IMG/VR virus record: IMGVR_UViG_3300020478_001108
Location: 1 to 48,239 of that record
Direction: 5' to 3' (one strand)
Origin: a virus
Taxonomy: Duplodnaviria; Caudoviricetes
DNA: 48,239 bases
Shown here: positions 36,766 to 46,861 of the stretch, piece after piece
Layout of the letters: each line of letters starts with the position of its first letter
Position numbering within the stretch: position 1 is the stretch's first letter
Translations under genes and position numbers: made by a program
Notes under the pieces: generated by a model
What the model saw: the letters and a program-made list of their open reading frames with translations, nothing else
Databases searched by the model: none
Told to the model about the DNA's origin: nothing

Positions 36766-39270
36766 TCAAAAAAATCTTTCAATACTTTGCTGTTTATCAA
36801 CTACAGCTTCCCAATTCATACTTTCATAGAACATTCCTATCTTTTTACTCATTGCTTGTTCAAACATTCTATCATGGTCTATATAATTTTTGATTAATTC
36901 TAATATTTGTGGTGGGTCTTCATAACCTTTATAACCTATTGTATCAAATCCAAACTCATTGTTCTTTAAGTAAACCCACTTAATTTTATTACCATTAGTA
37001 ATCTTTTCATATTTTCTACCCTCATACCAATAGTCTAATAATGAATTATAATTGATTGCAGATTTTACATGAACAGGACATCCTTTTTTGTATGATGAGA
37101 ATGGTGTATCTGTATCCTTTACTTCATATTTTCCTATACCTTTTACACCGATAGGATTTGCCATTACATCATAATGTAAATTATGCATATTTCTTTTAAA
37201 TTTACTAATTCTCTCATCTATCTGTTCCTTTGGAACATCAGCCAAAATATCCTCTAATACATTAGTTAATAATCCTTTCATTGCCTTTGCAAAATTACTT
37301 CGGACAGTATCTAATCCCTTAACATGAATTTTATTTACTTTTCTACCAGCATCATTAATAATTTTTAACCCATATCTTTTCTTAGTAACAAACAATCCAG
37401 TCTTAGCAACCACCTCTTGTTTAATATCAAATACATGGTCATTGATATTCAAAAACTTCTTTGCGAAATAATTATAACTTATATTTAAAAAATCTTGAAC
37501 CTCACCACACACTTCCATAATTCTTTGTGTCATCATTGTATCTGATAATTTTTGATTTGGAAATCTTTTTTCAATTAATGGAACTGCCGATGCGAAAATA
37601 CTATCTGTATCGATGTATATAACATAATCTTCATTGTTATTCAATTCTTTATTATAAAAATGATTAGTAATTTTCTTACTAAATTTAATTAATGATTGAC
37701 CTGTTAATGTGGTTGCCTCAGCATTATCCAAATCATAAAATCTAAATACTGGTAAACCTAATACACCATATAATGAGTTTAACAAAATCTTCTGTAAATA
37801 TTGTCTTCTATCAAAATAATCTTCTTTAACTTTATCACCTTGTTCGTGGAATTTCTTCACGAGTTTTCTCATCTCAACTCTTTCATTAAACCATTTTGTA
37901 AGTAGAGCAGGAATCAACCCTTGTTTATCAGTTCTATACATTACACCATTACTTGCAATACTCAAACCTGAAGTTTCTAAATACTTTCCAAAATCTGTAT
38001 TACTAATGGTATCAATAGTTTTACCATGTCTATTTTTTAAGGTATAGGTTTTTACTAAATCTTTTTTCAAGAACTCTTCTGCATTCCAACCATCAACTTT
38101 ACCAACCTTAGTTTCTGGTGATATATTTAAAGAACGAATAACACTCGGATACATACTTGTGATATCTAAATCGTAAACCCAATCGTGTTTGCCTCGTTGT
38201 GGGTCTTGAACATAAGCTCCAGCAAATTGTTCTTCATTTATTTTTTTAGGTCGTGGTGGTTTGTTTGGTGCAACAACTCCAATTTTTTTCAAGTAAACCA
38301 AAATAGCTCCCTCAAGATATCTTGAACTCATATGCACATCTTCATATGGTATATGACCTAAGTGAGCAATACCACGAGCAATTTCAATAAAATCTAACTT
38401 TTCATCTAATTCAATCAATATTCTTACATCTCGAATATTATATTCAATAAACTTATCTAAATCATTTTCATATAAATCATTAAGTGTTCCCTCATACTCA
38501 ATTTTTTTCATACCAACTTCAACTTCTCCAATGTAATCTAAACGATAACTTGATTGTTGAATGAAAGAAAACTTTCTATATAATGTGAGATAATCTAAAA
38601 CACTTACACCAGCAATATTATGTTTCTTTTTATATTCATTATAATAAACATCACGAATTGGTGATAACATATTTGCAACCTCTACACCCAAAACTTTGAC
38701 TGTTCTATTATAAAGATATGGAACATCAAAAAATTCACAATTCCAACCACTTAATATATGTGGTTGTATCTCAGCATACTTTCTATAAAATTGTGTTAAC
38801 AATTCATATTCTGTTTTAAATAATTTAACCTTTGTATCACCATGTTCATAATTCTGAACTCTATCTTTAGTATCTAAAGTGTAACACAAATATTGTTTTG
38901 CAACTTCATCATACATAGCGATTGAAGTTATTTGTTCATTCGCTTTAGTTACATCAGGAAAACCATCAACTACTTCTACCTCAATATCAAAAAATAAAGT
39001 TCTTATACCTTCACTCGGTTCATCACTATCTGTATATTGGTCAACTAAAAATCTTGTAGTGATAGGAACATCACTCTCAAATAGATTTGGATAATCTTCA
39101 TCTTCCCATTTATAAATCTTTTTTACCTTATCACCATCAAGAGAATAATGTTGTCCTGTGGAATTTTTAATGTAGGCGTATTTTTTATATGGGATGACTA
39201 AATGTCCTTTTCGGTCATCCCATAAGTGTATTTTATTTTTTCGTTTTTCGTAATGTATAGCTTGATACAA
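36766..39270 (-). CDS. polB: DNA polymerase family B (T4 gp43-like)
   Basis: Exonuclease motifs FDIE, GWN..FD, YN..D; polymerase motifs DITSMYPS, KILLNSLYG, YIDTDS, KKRY; TTG start with GAGG. Confidence 0.95.
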   Translation of the reverse strand: MYQAIHYEKRKNKIHLWDDRKGHLVIPYKKYAYIKNSTGQHYSLDGDKVKKIYKWEDEDYPNLFESDVPITTRFLVDQYTDSDEPSEGIRTLFFDIEVEVVDGFPDVTKANEQITSIAMYDEVAKQYLCYTLDTKDRVQNYEHGDTKVKLFKTEYELLTQFYRKYAEIQPHILSGWNCEFFDVPYLYNRTVKVLGVEVANMLSPIRDVYYNEYKKKHNIAGVSVLDYLTLYRKFSFIQQSSYRLDYIGEVEVGMKKIEYEGTLNDLYENDLDKFIEYNIRDVRILIELDEKLDFIEIARGIAHLGHIPYEDVHMSSRYLEGAILVYLKKIGVVAPNKPPRPKKINEEQFAGAYVQDPQRGKHDWVYDLDITSMYPSVIRSLNISPETKVGKVDGWNAEEFLKKDLVKTYTLKNRHGKTIDTISNTDFGKYLETSGLSIASNGVMYRTDKQGLIPALLTKWFNERVEMRKLVKKFHEQGDKVKEDYFDRRQYLQKILLNSLYGVLGLPVFRFYDLDNAEATTLTGQSLIKFSKKITNHFYNKELNNNEDYVIYIDTDSIFASAVPLIEKRFPNQKLSDTMMTQRIMEVCGEVQDFLNISYNYFAKKFLNINDHVFDIKQEVVAKTGLFVTKKRYGLKIINDAGRKVNKIHVKGLDTVRSNFAKAMKGLLTNVLEDILADVPKEQIDERISKFKRNMHNLHYDVMANPIGVKGIGKYEVKDTDTPFSSYKKGCPVHVKSAINYNSLLDYWYEGRKYEKITNGNKIKWVYLKNNEFGFDTIGYKGYEDPPQILELIKNYIDHDRMFEQAMSKKIGMFYESMNWEAVVDKQQSIERFF

Positions 39271-39293
39271 TTATAACCTCTTTAACATAAATA

Positions 39294-40283
39294 TCATTTA
39301 CAAATCGTAGATACCAACTTTTCTGCAACAATATATGGGTCGCAGTTAGATGATGGTCTTCTATCTTCTAAATAACCACAACCATCTACTTCTACTTGCC
39401 ATGGAATACGAATAGATGCTCCTCTATCTGAAACACCATAACGAAATTCATTAATAGAACAAGTTTCGTGTTCACCTGTTAATCTTTGTTCGTTATCTTC
39501 ACCATAAACTTCAATATGTTCTTGTGGATTTTCTGATAACTTTTCACAAGCTTCAATTATCTTATCCCATCCACCCTCTTCTCTCATCCATTTTGTAGAG
39601 AAATTAGTATGACAACCAGCACCATTCCAATCACCTTGAATTGGCTTTGGATGTAATGAAACTTCTAATCCCCATTTTTCACAAATTCTTTCCATCAACC
39701 ATCTTGCTACCCATAAATCATCACTCATATGGATTGAACCACCTGCACCAATCTGATATTCCCATTGTCCTAACATAACTTCTGCGTTTGTTCCACAAAT
39801 ACTAATACCTGCTTTAATACATGCATTTAAATGTTGTCTTGAAATTCTATCACCAATGTTTCTACCACAATAATAATCCCCTTGTGGTGCTGGTTCATCA
39901 AGTGGTGGCCAACCATAAGGCCATCCATTTTCATAGAATGTATATTCTTGTTCAAATCCTACCCATTCGTCAATATCATCTTCTATATCTAAAATGGTTT
40001 CCTCTAACTTTCTTCTTGTATTTGTTTCATGTGGTGTATCATTTACATTCCATACTTCACATAAAACTATTGAACTTTCTTTTTCTAATGGATTCTCATA
40101 AACTCTTACAGGTTTTAAAACACAATCAGAATTGTTACCTTCTGCTTGTTGAGTAGAACTTCCATCGAATCCCCAAACTGGCACACCTTCTACTGATTTG
40201 CCAAAATCTTTCACAACTTTTGTTTTGTACCTTATTTGCGTTGGTGTACAACCATCCAACCAAAGATATTCTAATTTATGCAT
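39294..40283 (-). CDS. glnII: Glutamine synthetase type II
   Basis: 329 aa; EYLWLDG, WGFDGSST.QAEG..SD, EQEY, NAEVMLGQWEYQIG, DWNGAGCHTNFS, EDRRPSSNCDPY. Confidence 0.92.
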   Translation of the reverse strand: MHKLEYLWLDGCTPTQIRYKTKVVKDFGKSVEGVPVWGFDGSSTQQAEGNNSDCVLKPVRVYENPLEKESSIVLCEVWNVNDTPHETNTRRKLEETILDIEDDIDEWVGFEQEYTFYENGWPYGWPPLDEPAPQGDYYCGRNIGDRISRQHLNACIKAGISICGTNAEVMLGQWEYQIGAGGSIHMSDDLWVARWLMERICEKWGLEVSLHPKPIQGDWNGAGCHTNFSTKWMREEGGWDKIIEACEKLSENPQEHIEVYGEDNEQRLTGEHETCSINEFRYGVSDRGASIRIPWQVEVDGCGYLEDRRPSSNCDPYIVAEKLVSTICK

Positions 40284-40304
40284 TTTTAATGTTCCTCAAT
40301 ATTT

Positions 40305-40335
40305 GCAAATATGGGCGGTATATTTCAACCGCCCA
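40305..40335 (-). terminator. Probable intrinsic terminator or processing hairpin after the TonB-dependent receptor gene
   Basis: TGGGCGGT-8 nt-ACCGCCCA perfect 8-bp stem followed by a weak tail, TATTTGC. Confidence 0.55.
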
Positions 40336-40345
40336 ACATTACATT

Positions 40346-43084
40346 TTAGAAATTAACAGTCAATCCAATATTTGCATATCGTGGTGTTCCTAAAAATACT
40401 TCAGCGTTGTGTGCCGCGTGTACTTTATCACCCCAAGCATTATATTGGCTATTATCTACGGCATCTTGAACAAATACTTCATCAAGTGCATTGAAGATAT
40501 GACCTGTTAATGTCAAATCTAAACCAGCAACACTTGGAAGTTTATATGATGCGTGTAAATCAAGTTTTGAGTAACCTGGGGCTTCCCAAACTTGAGCTCT
40601 ATCAGCAACTCCCTCTTCAATTTCACGAGCCGAAGGGCTCCAATCAGAGTAGTTTTTATCATATGTTTTGTAAAGTGCCTGTAATCTTAATCCCTTAACT
40701 GGTTTAAGTGTTAAACCTAAGATATAAGATGTTTGTGGTTGGTCACCTACAAACAATCCATCAAGTGCATAAGAATATTCAGTAGTTGTCAATCCTGTGA
40801 CTTCACCATTCTCATTGAACTCTTGTTCTTGATAAGTTCCATCAGCATCACCATCGAATTTCCATTTACCAAATGAAGCAATAAAATCAAGTTCTACCAA
40901 ATCATGTGGATGAACTTTAGTTTCAACTTCTATACCTTGATGATTTTGGTTAACACCTCTTAAAAAGATAACATCAGTATCACCTGATGAACCTTGACCA
41001 GTAGATACTGCTTTAGTCAAGTTTCTATCTTGCCAATCTGTGTTATACCCACTAACTTTAACTGCAAATTTTTCTGCAGAATAGTTTAAACCAGCTTCTG
41101 TAGAAATAAATTTCTCATTAGCAGGGTCTGTTGAGACTGTACCATCATAGTAAATTACATTATCCATAATTGGTGGTTTCTGAACATATCCAGCATTACC
41201 AAATACACTCAAACCATCATTTAATCTATATAATCCACCACCTTTAACTTGATAAGTAGTAATTGGGTCAGCCTTAATCACTTCATTCTCGACTGTGAAA
41301 TGGTCTTGATAAGAGTATTCAATACTTGAAACTCCACCCATACCATATACATTTAGTTTTTCAGTTTCATACTTACCTTGTATGAACCCACCTAACCAAT
41401 CTACAGTCGTTGAATTATGATAAGCAATTATATCACCTAAACCAACTTTCTTACCATCAGGTGCATTATCGTCAGCAAAATCAACATAATAATCACCACC
41501 TAATAAATCACGAACTTCACGAGCGTGTTCTATACCAGCAGTTCTCCAATCAACACCAACTTGAACTTCAAGTTCATCTGAAACATCATAGTTTAATTTA
41601 GAAATCAAACCATAAGTGTTTTGACGATTAATTGAGTTACGAAGTATACCTGTTGAACGATGTTCTGTTTCTGACCAGTCTGCATCTATGTTAGTACGAT
41701 TTTGTTCAATCTCAGCATTCCAATCCCATTGCCAGGGTGAACTTGCCCACCATGAATTACCATCAACTGCTGGTGTTCTTGATACACTACCATATGTACC
41801 AGTACCACCACCTGAACCACCACTCCAATAAAGAACAGAACTCAAACGAGTTTGGTCATTTATTGTCATAAAATGATTTAAGTTAACTAATGGTTTGTGG
41901 AAGAAGTTTTCCCTTTCATTAAGAAAGTTAGGACTATACCTATCGGTTGTTCTTGCACCATACATATACCAATATTGTTGGCCTTTATATGATGGGTCTA
42001 CAGCTCCCCAATTCTGATTGAACAATCTACCAGCTTCAGTTTCGAATTTGTTACCTTCAGCAAATGCTTCAGTATCATATCCATCAATACTACCAGCTAA
42101 CTCTTGTGAGTATGTAGCAATATTCTGTTTGTATAGATTTTGTCCATGTCGTTGTGGAGCACCGATTGCATATAATTCAAATCTGTTATCTTCATTTAGT
42201 TGATAACTTGAACCTAAATAATATGCCCATGCATCTGTCCAAGTAGCATCGATTATTCCATCACCTGTTTTACGAACAATAGTTCCACTTAAAGCTAACT
42301 TGTCATTAATTAGACCAGTATTATAGTTAATGGTTGTTTTTAGAAAACCACCATCACCAGCTTCTTGTTTGAACTTTCCACCCTTTTCATACTGAGCAGG
42401 GTCGGTTATGATGTTCATTGTTCCACCAATGGAAGGGGTAGCTAAATTAACGGCGGATAAACCTCTTTGCATCTGAATTGATTGGGCTGCATCTGCAACA
42501 CCATCCCAATTAGACCAATAAACCCATCCGTTCTCCATATCATTCTGGGGAACTCCGTTAATCATAACAGCAACATTTCGTTGATTAAAACCTCTTACAT
42601 TGATACGAGCATCACCCGCACCACCACCTTGTTGAGTTGCATATACACTTGGTGTAGTATTAAGTGCCATCGGAACATCTTGAGAACCAAGACGAAATTC
42701 CATTTCTTCTTTTCCTACATTTGTATAAGCAACAGGTGTATTCTCATCAGCTCTTGAGGCCAAAACCTCAACATCTGATAATGCAACCGCATCAATTTCA
42801 AGTAAGAAATCAACACTTACTGCAACATCCTTTACATCAACTAATTGAGTAAAAGATTTGTAACCTATGAAAGATGCTGTTACTTTGTACTGTCCTGCAT
42901 CGACATCAATGGAAAATGTACCATCAGAATTGGTCATTCCACCTAAATCAGTGCCTTCAACTACAACATTAGCTCCTTCAAGCGGTTCTGAGTTAGAATC
43001 ACCTACAACTCCAACTATAGATTGAGCAAACAATCCAGTCATCATCATAACTGATACTAATAGATTACGATATTTCAATTTCAT
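40346..43084 (-). CDS. TonB-dependent outer-membrane receptor with N-terminal carboxypeptidase-regulatory-like domain
   Basis: Signal peptide; PLEGANVVV...G..T..DG.F...SFIGY domain; plug INVRGF...INGVP...GGTMNIIT; N.LD and terminal F; AAGGAG SD favours ATG at 43084. Confidence 0.92.
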   Translation of the reverse strand: MKLKYRNLLVSVMMMTGLFAQSIVGVVGDSNSEPLEGANVVVEGTDLGGMTNSDGTFSIDVDAGQYKVTASFIGYKSFTQLVDVKDVAVSVDFLLEIDAVALSDVEVLASRADENTPVAYTNVGKEEMEFRLGSQDVPMALNTTPSVYATQQGGGAGDARINVRGFNQRNVAVMINGVPQNDMENGWVYWSNWDGVADAAQSIQMQRGLSAVNLATPSIGGTMNIITDPAQYEKGGKFKQEAGDGGFLKTTINYNTGLINDKLALSGTIVRKTGDGIIDATWTDAWAYYLGSSYQLNEDNRFELYAIGAPQRHGQNLYKQNIATYSQELAGSIDGYDTEAFAEGNKFETEAGRLFNQNWGAVDPSYKGQQYWYMYGARTTDRYSPNFLNERENFFHKPLVNLNHFMTINDQTRLSSVLYWSGGSGGGTGTYGSVSRTPAVDGNSWWASSPWQWDWNAEIEQNRTNIDADWSETEHRSTGILRNSINRQNTYGLISKLNYDVSDELEVQVGVDWRTAGIEHAREVRDLLGGDYYVDFADDNAPDGKKVGLGDIIAYHNSTTVDWLGGFIQGKYETEKLNVYGMGGVSSIEYSYQDHFTVENEVIKADPITTYQVKGGGLYRLNDGLSVFGNAGYVQKPPIMDNVIYYDGTVSTDPANEKFISTEAGLNYSAEKFAVKVSGYNTDWQDRNLTKAVSTGQGSSGDTDVIFLRGVNQNHQGIEVETKVHPHDLVELDFIASFGKWKFDGDADGTYQEQEFNENGEVTGLTTTEYSYALDGLFVGDQPQTSYILGLTLKPVKGLRLQALYKTYDKNYSDWSPSAREIEEGVADRAQVWEAPGYSKLDLHASYKLPSVAGLDLTLTGHIFNALDEVFVQDAVDNSQYNAWGDKVHAAHNAEVFLGTPRYANIGLTVNF

Positions 43085-43112
43085 AATCATCTCCTTATTG
43101 TTATTTGATTAT

Positions 43113-43146
43113 GACACATTTTTATACTGGTGTGTCGCCTGCCAGT
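43113..43146 (-). promoter_or_regulatory. Candidate H-type RNA pseudoknot in the TBDR leader
   Basis: ACUGG-CAGGC-GACACA-CCAGU-AUAAAAA-UGUGUC: perfect 5-bp and 6-bp interleaved stems. Confidence 0.6.
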
Positions 43147-43161
43147 TCGGGTATGTGAAAT

Positions 43162-45171
43162 CTAATTTGCATAATCTTGGTCGTCATTATCACCTGTTAT
43201 TGGTGTAATTTCACAACTATCATTATTACAAAATTTATCTATTTCGGCTTCTTCGTTTTTAATAACTCCGAAAGAAAGATTTGAAAGTTTTTTAACTTGT
43301 CTATTGTATTCTTTTTCATCGATTGCTTCATATGGCATTTGTTTGTAAGCACCTAAATCATGTCTTGGTAATAAACTAATACCTTTTAATCTATACTGAA
43401 AATAATTCAATACATTTGGAAGTTGGTCTGCTTCAGTTTTAGGGTCAAAGGTTGCTGTGCAACTTACTTGGTTATCAGCCCAATGTCTTTGCATAAATGA
43501 TGCCAAACTAAATTGTTCCCAAATGGACAATTCTTTGACAGTTCTTATTCCCTCTCCTACATCAACTGGCACTTCTACAACTAATGTGGTATCTTCTGAA
43601 CCAAAGGCCTTTTCTATTTTATATCCTGCCTTTTTCAATGGTTCTATTAAATCCGAATTAACTGATAATCTAATTCTTCTAATATAAAATCTTGATTCTG
43701 GATAATGTAACCCTGGTGTTGCACCAGCCAGTAAAGAAACAGTCCCACTTGGTTTTACACTTGTAGTCTTAATAGACTTAGGAACAGCGAACCAATCACT
43801 ATAAACTCCATCCCAATCTTGTATAACATCATATCCATCTTCTAACCATAATCTTAAATTATCCAATCCACGATTAGTAATAAACTGAGCAACACCACTT
43901 ACACTACAACCTATTCTACGATTTCTTAACATCACACGATTTGTATCACTCCAATGTGTTCTACCTAATGTAACTGTCTTTGCATACAAATAGGCATATT
44001 TCAATGTTCGAGCATAGTCTTCAAACGAATCGTGATTATTAGGAAATGTTTCCACTAAACAACATAACTCATATGATTCTAATGATTGTTCTAAACAAGG
44101 ATTTCCACCTGCAACTCTATGGTCTTTATCATCTCCACCATTTTTCATTCGAGAAAAATGTCTCATATTATCTAACCAAGCCAAACCTGGTTCACCATTA
44201 TCTACAATTCTTTTACAGATATCGGTATAATCCATACCCAACTCTGCAAATACTGAATTATTTGATGTCCAACCATATTGGTCTCTATGTGGATTTACTT
44301 TATAGTTTTTTAAATCTAAATATTCTTCGTTGTGTGGGTCTCCAAAAACAATCTCAGCAGTTCTTCTAACATTACCTGCTACAACACATTTACCAATTAG
44401 ATTCATAATATCTACGATTGTTGTGATTGTGATTGGTTTTCCTGTATTTATATCCAATACTTTTCTAATATCTTCATGAACCTCTTCTAATGGTTCATAA
44501 CCACTAGCAACACCACCAAAACCTTTGATTGGCTCACCCGCTGGTCTAATTAAATTGTAATCAAATTCTACGGGAGCTTGACCATGAAAATAACTTTCTA
44601 ATAATAAACGAACTGATTCTACCCAACCCTCACGAGTATCTGGTATCTGATAAACTATTTCATCTCTATCTTTTTGAATACCTTTAACAATTATTTCCCC
44701 CGCTCCTTTTGTATCAAATCCTACACCAACACCTAACATTGAGGCATCCATTAAAAAACAAAAAGGTTTTGAATAATCCTCTTTTAATGTTTTTGTAGAT
44801 ACAAATGCACAATTATTTAGAGCAGCATACAAACCTTTTTCTTCTGTTATTGGTGTTCCCATAGCCCATAATCCACGACCTGGTGGTAAGAATTTCATTG
44901 TAAAAATTCTATCATACATATCTTGGGCTGATTTTTGGGCTTGCCAAGGATTCCAACCTAATTGATGAGAATTTATCCAAGTCATTTGCATTGAATATGT
45001 TCCCTCTACAACTCGTTGTACGGTCTCCCACCATCTTTCATTCTTTCCATTTTCTTTTATACGAGAATATGTTCTCATATAAACTAATTCACCTAATCCG
45101 TTAAAGCCAAATGGTGGCTTTTTTCTTTTATATTTATTTATAAAATTTTCCGACAACTTAAATTTTTCCAT
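43162..45171 (-). CDS. nrdJ: Class II adenosylcobalamin-dependent ribonucleotide reductase (monomeric RTPR type)
   Basis: RTYSR, PPGRGLW, LNNC, VAGNVRRTAE, NPCLEQ, KPSGT, C-terminal C-x4-C. Confidence 0.93.
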   Translation of the reverse strand: MEKFKLSENFINKYKRKKPPFGFNGLGELVYMRTYSRIKENGKNERWWETVQRVVEGTYSMQMTWINSHQLGWNPWQAQKSAQDMYDRIFTMKFLPPGRGLWAMGTPITEEKGLYAALNNCAFVSTKTLKEDYSKPFCFLMDASMLGVGVGFDTKGAGEIIVKGIQKDRDEIVYQIPDTREGWVESVRLLLESYFHGQAPVEFDYNLIRPAGEPIKGFGGVASGYEPLEEVHEDIRKVLDINTGKPITITTIVDIMNLIGKCVVAGNVRRTAEIVFGDPHNEEYLDLKNYKVNPHRDQYGWTSNNSVFAELGMDYTDICKRIVDNGEPGLAWLDNMRHFSRMKNGGDDKDHRVAGGNPCLEQSLESYELCCLVETFPNNHDSFEDYARTLKYAYLYAKTVTLGRTHWSDTNRVMLRNRRIGCSVSGVAQFITNRGLDNLRLWLEDGYDVIQDWDGVYSDWFAVPKSIKTTSVKPSGTVSLLAGATPGLHYPESRFYIRRIRLSVNSDLIEPLKKAGYKIEKAFGSEDTTLVVEVPVDVGEGIRTVKELSIWEQFSLASFMQRHWADNQVSCTATFDPKTEADQLPNVLNYFQYRLKGISLLPRHDLGAYKQMPYEAIDEKEYNRQVKKLSNLSFGVIKNEEAEIDKFCNNDSCEITPITGDNDDQDYAN

Positions 45172-45292
45172 CGTAACTCCTATACTTTGTAAATCATTAT
45201 AATCTTAATCCATAATTAATTATCATATATACAAGATATAAAACAGGTTTTTTTATTTTTCTTAGAATTTTTAAAAGATTTTCTTTGAAGTT

Positions 45293-46660
45293 TTATTCAA
45301 ACCCCTCACCATCAAAATCTTTTTTCTTTTGTGCTAATGTTTTACGAATGTATTCATCAGCATTATTCATTTTACCTTGAACTTCCTTACCACCTTGTGT
45401 GCCACTTTCATAAATCTGAATGTATCCTGTATTAGTATTTATGGTTGCTGGGAATGTGATTCCATCTGGACCAAATCGATTCTTAATCACATGGAATCGA
45501 CCTGTATTGGCTATTTTATCTTCTACTTTTCTACTCATACTCATTACGAAATCTGAAGTCATAACTTTAGAATAATCCTCTGATACTTTTTCTGCCCCAA
45601 TCACATCCTCTTCTAATGAACTACGATTAGCCTGTGAGGCTGTCCATATAGGAATATCAAATTCTCCAGCCATACCACGAAGTTCTTCATAAACATGACC
45701 TATTTGATGTCGTTTCTCACTAAAATGTTGTGTGGATTTCATAATGTCCGCATAATCAACAATAACCATATCAGGTTTGATACCTTGTAGTTCACATTGT
45801 TGTAAATGTGCGGTTAGTGTATTTACACTTGCTGTTCTCGTTGGATAATATTTGATAATCAGATTACCCTTTAACTGACCAATTTTCTTTAATACTTCTT
45901 CTTTATAATATTGTAAGTTACCTGTTGGTTGTCCACTTACTATTGTATCATATCGTAATCCTACATACTGAGCATTTAACTCTAATGTATAATGAACTAC
46001 TGTCATTCCTTTTTTAACTGCATGAGCACCCAAGGCCTGTAGTGTCCAACTCTTACCAATACCAGCAGGAGCAACTACAACTCCAAGTTCACCACCAGCT
46101 AATCCACCATCCATTAAATCATTAACACTATCCCATTGTGTTGGTTGTGTTACTCTTGCTTGTTGAGTCATTCTTTCTTCAAAACCAGTAATGTATTCGT
46201 GGCCAATATCTCTTTCCATACCAGCGGTCATTGCTTTATCAATAACACCCTTTATCTCATCATATTGTTGATTATCCAATAACTCAACCGATTCCATAAT
46301 GGCATTCTTTATAACTTGATTTTTACAAAACTCTAATGTTTTCTCTTTTACAAATTGTAAATCTGGGTCTTCTCTATGTTGCCAAGCACCTCGTAGTGAA
46401 TCTACTATTGATGTTTTCAACACATCATTATCTACATCATCAACCATAATTTTAATGGCTTCCATAGTTGGTTCTGATTTATATTTTGCGAAATAATCTT
46501 TAATTGATTTAACTAAAAATTTATTTGAATCTGTATCAAAATAACTTACATCAAGTATATCAATAATCTGTTTTGTAAACTTAACATCAGTTAATAAACT
46601 TGATATAATTTTACTCTGAAAAGATGTTCCGTATTGTATTAGTGATTCGTTTTTACTCAT
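45293..46660 (-). CDS. dnaB: DnaB-like replicative helicase (T4 gp41-like)
   Basis: APAGIGKS Walker A, YTLE, IVDYAD, TASQANR, KNRFG. Confidence 0.9.
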   Translation of the reverse strand: MSKNESLIQYGTSFQSKIISSLLTDVKFTKQIIDILDVSYFDTDSNKFLVKSIKDYFAKYKSEPTMEAIKIMVDDVDNDVLKTSIVDSLRGAWQHREDPDLQFVKEKTLEFCKNQVIKNAIMESVELLDNQQYDEIKGVIDKAMTAGMERDIGHEYITGFEERMTQQARVTQPTQWDSVNDLMDGGLAGGELGVVVAPAGIGKSWTLQALGAHAVKKGMTVVHYTLELNAQYVGLRYDTIVSGQPTGNLQYYKEEVLKKIGQLKGNLIIKYYPTRTASVNTLTAHLQQCELQGIKPDMVIVDYADIMKSTQHFSEKRHQIGHVYEELRGMAGEFDIPIWTASQANRSSLEEDVIGAEKVSEDYSKVMTSDFVMSMSRKVEDKIANTGRFHVIKNRFGPDGITFPATINTNTGYIQIYESGTQGGKEVQGKMNNADEYIRKTLAQKKKDFDGEGFE

Positions 46661-46672
46661 AACCTTATAGTA

Positions 46673-46861
46673 TTAAATATCAAGATTGCCATACAAATCT
46701 TGAACTTTTTTGTCATAAAACTCTTTTCTTTTTTTCTCTCTATATTTTTCACGAGCCTTCGCACAAATTTTAGCAGCATTTCTTTTATAATGTTCCATTT
46801 GCCATCTTCTTTGAGCTTCTTGTTTTTCTTTCTTTGTAAAATATTTTTTCTTCCTACCCAT
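46673..46861 (-). CDS. Small, highly basic protein
   Basis: 62 aa, K/R-rich and helical; GGAG SD; overlaps the exonuclease stop. Confidence 0.65.
   Translation of the reverse strand: MGRKKKYFTKKEKQEAQRRWQMEHYKRNAAKICAKAREKYREKKRKEFYDKKVQDLYGNLDI

Noticed and set aside
43091-43161. Cobalamin or preQ1-I riboswitch
   Set aside because: There is no B12-box or four-way junction in 71 nt, and the loop lacks the conserved preQ1-I nucleotides as I recall them
43084-43164. Pseudoknot-stimulated readthrough fusing NrdJ to the TBDR
   Set aside because: The two ORFs are in different frames, the stop-to-pseudoknot spacer is 15 nt, and the TBDR has its own SD and signal peptide
45225-45245. NrdR box upstream of nrdJ (TATATCTTGT)
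   Set aside because: Only a partial single match that lacks the conserved C; equally explained as a variant of the TGTATATAT motif
36766-46660. Inteins or introns in the polymerase, RNR or helicase
   Set aside because: Lengths are ordinary and the motifs are contiguous; the only Hint domain seen is at 29469-29936
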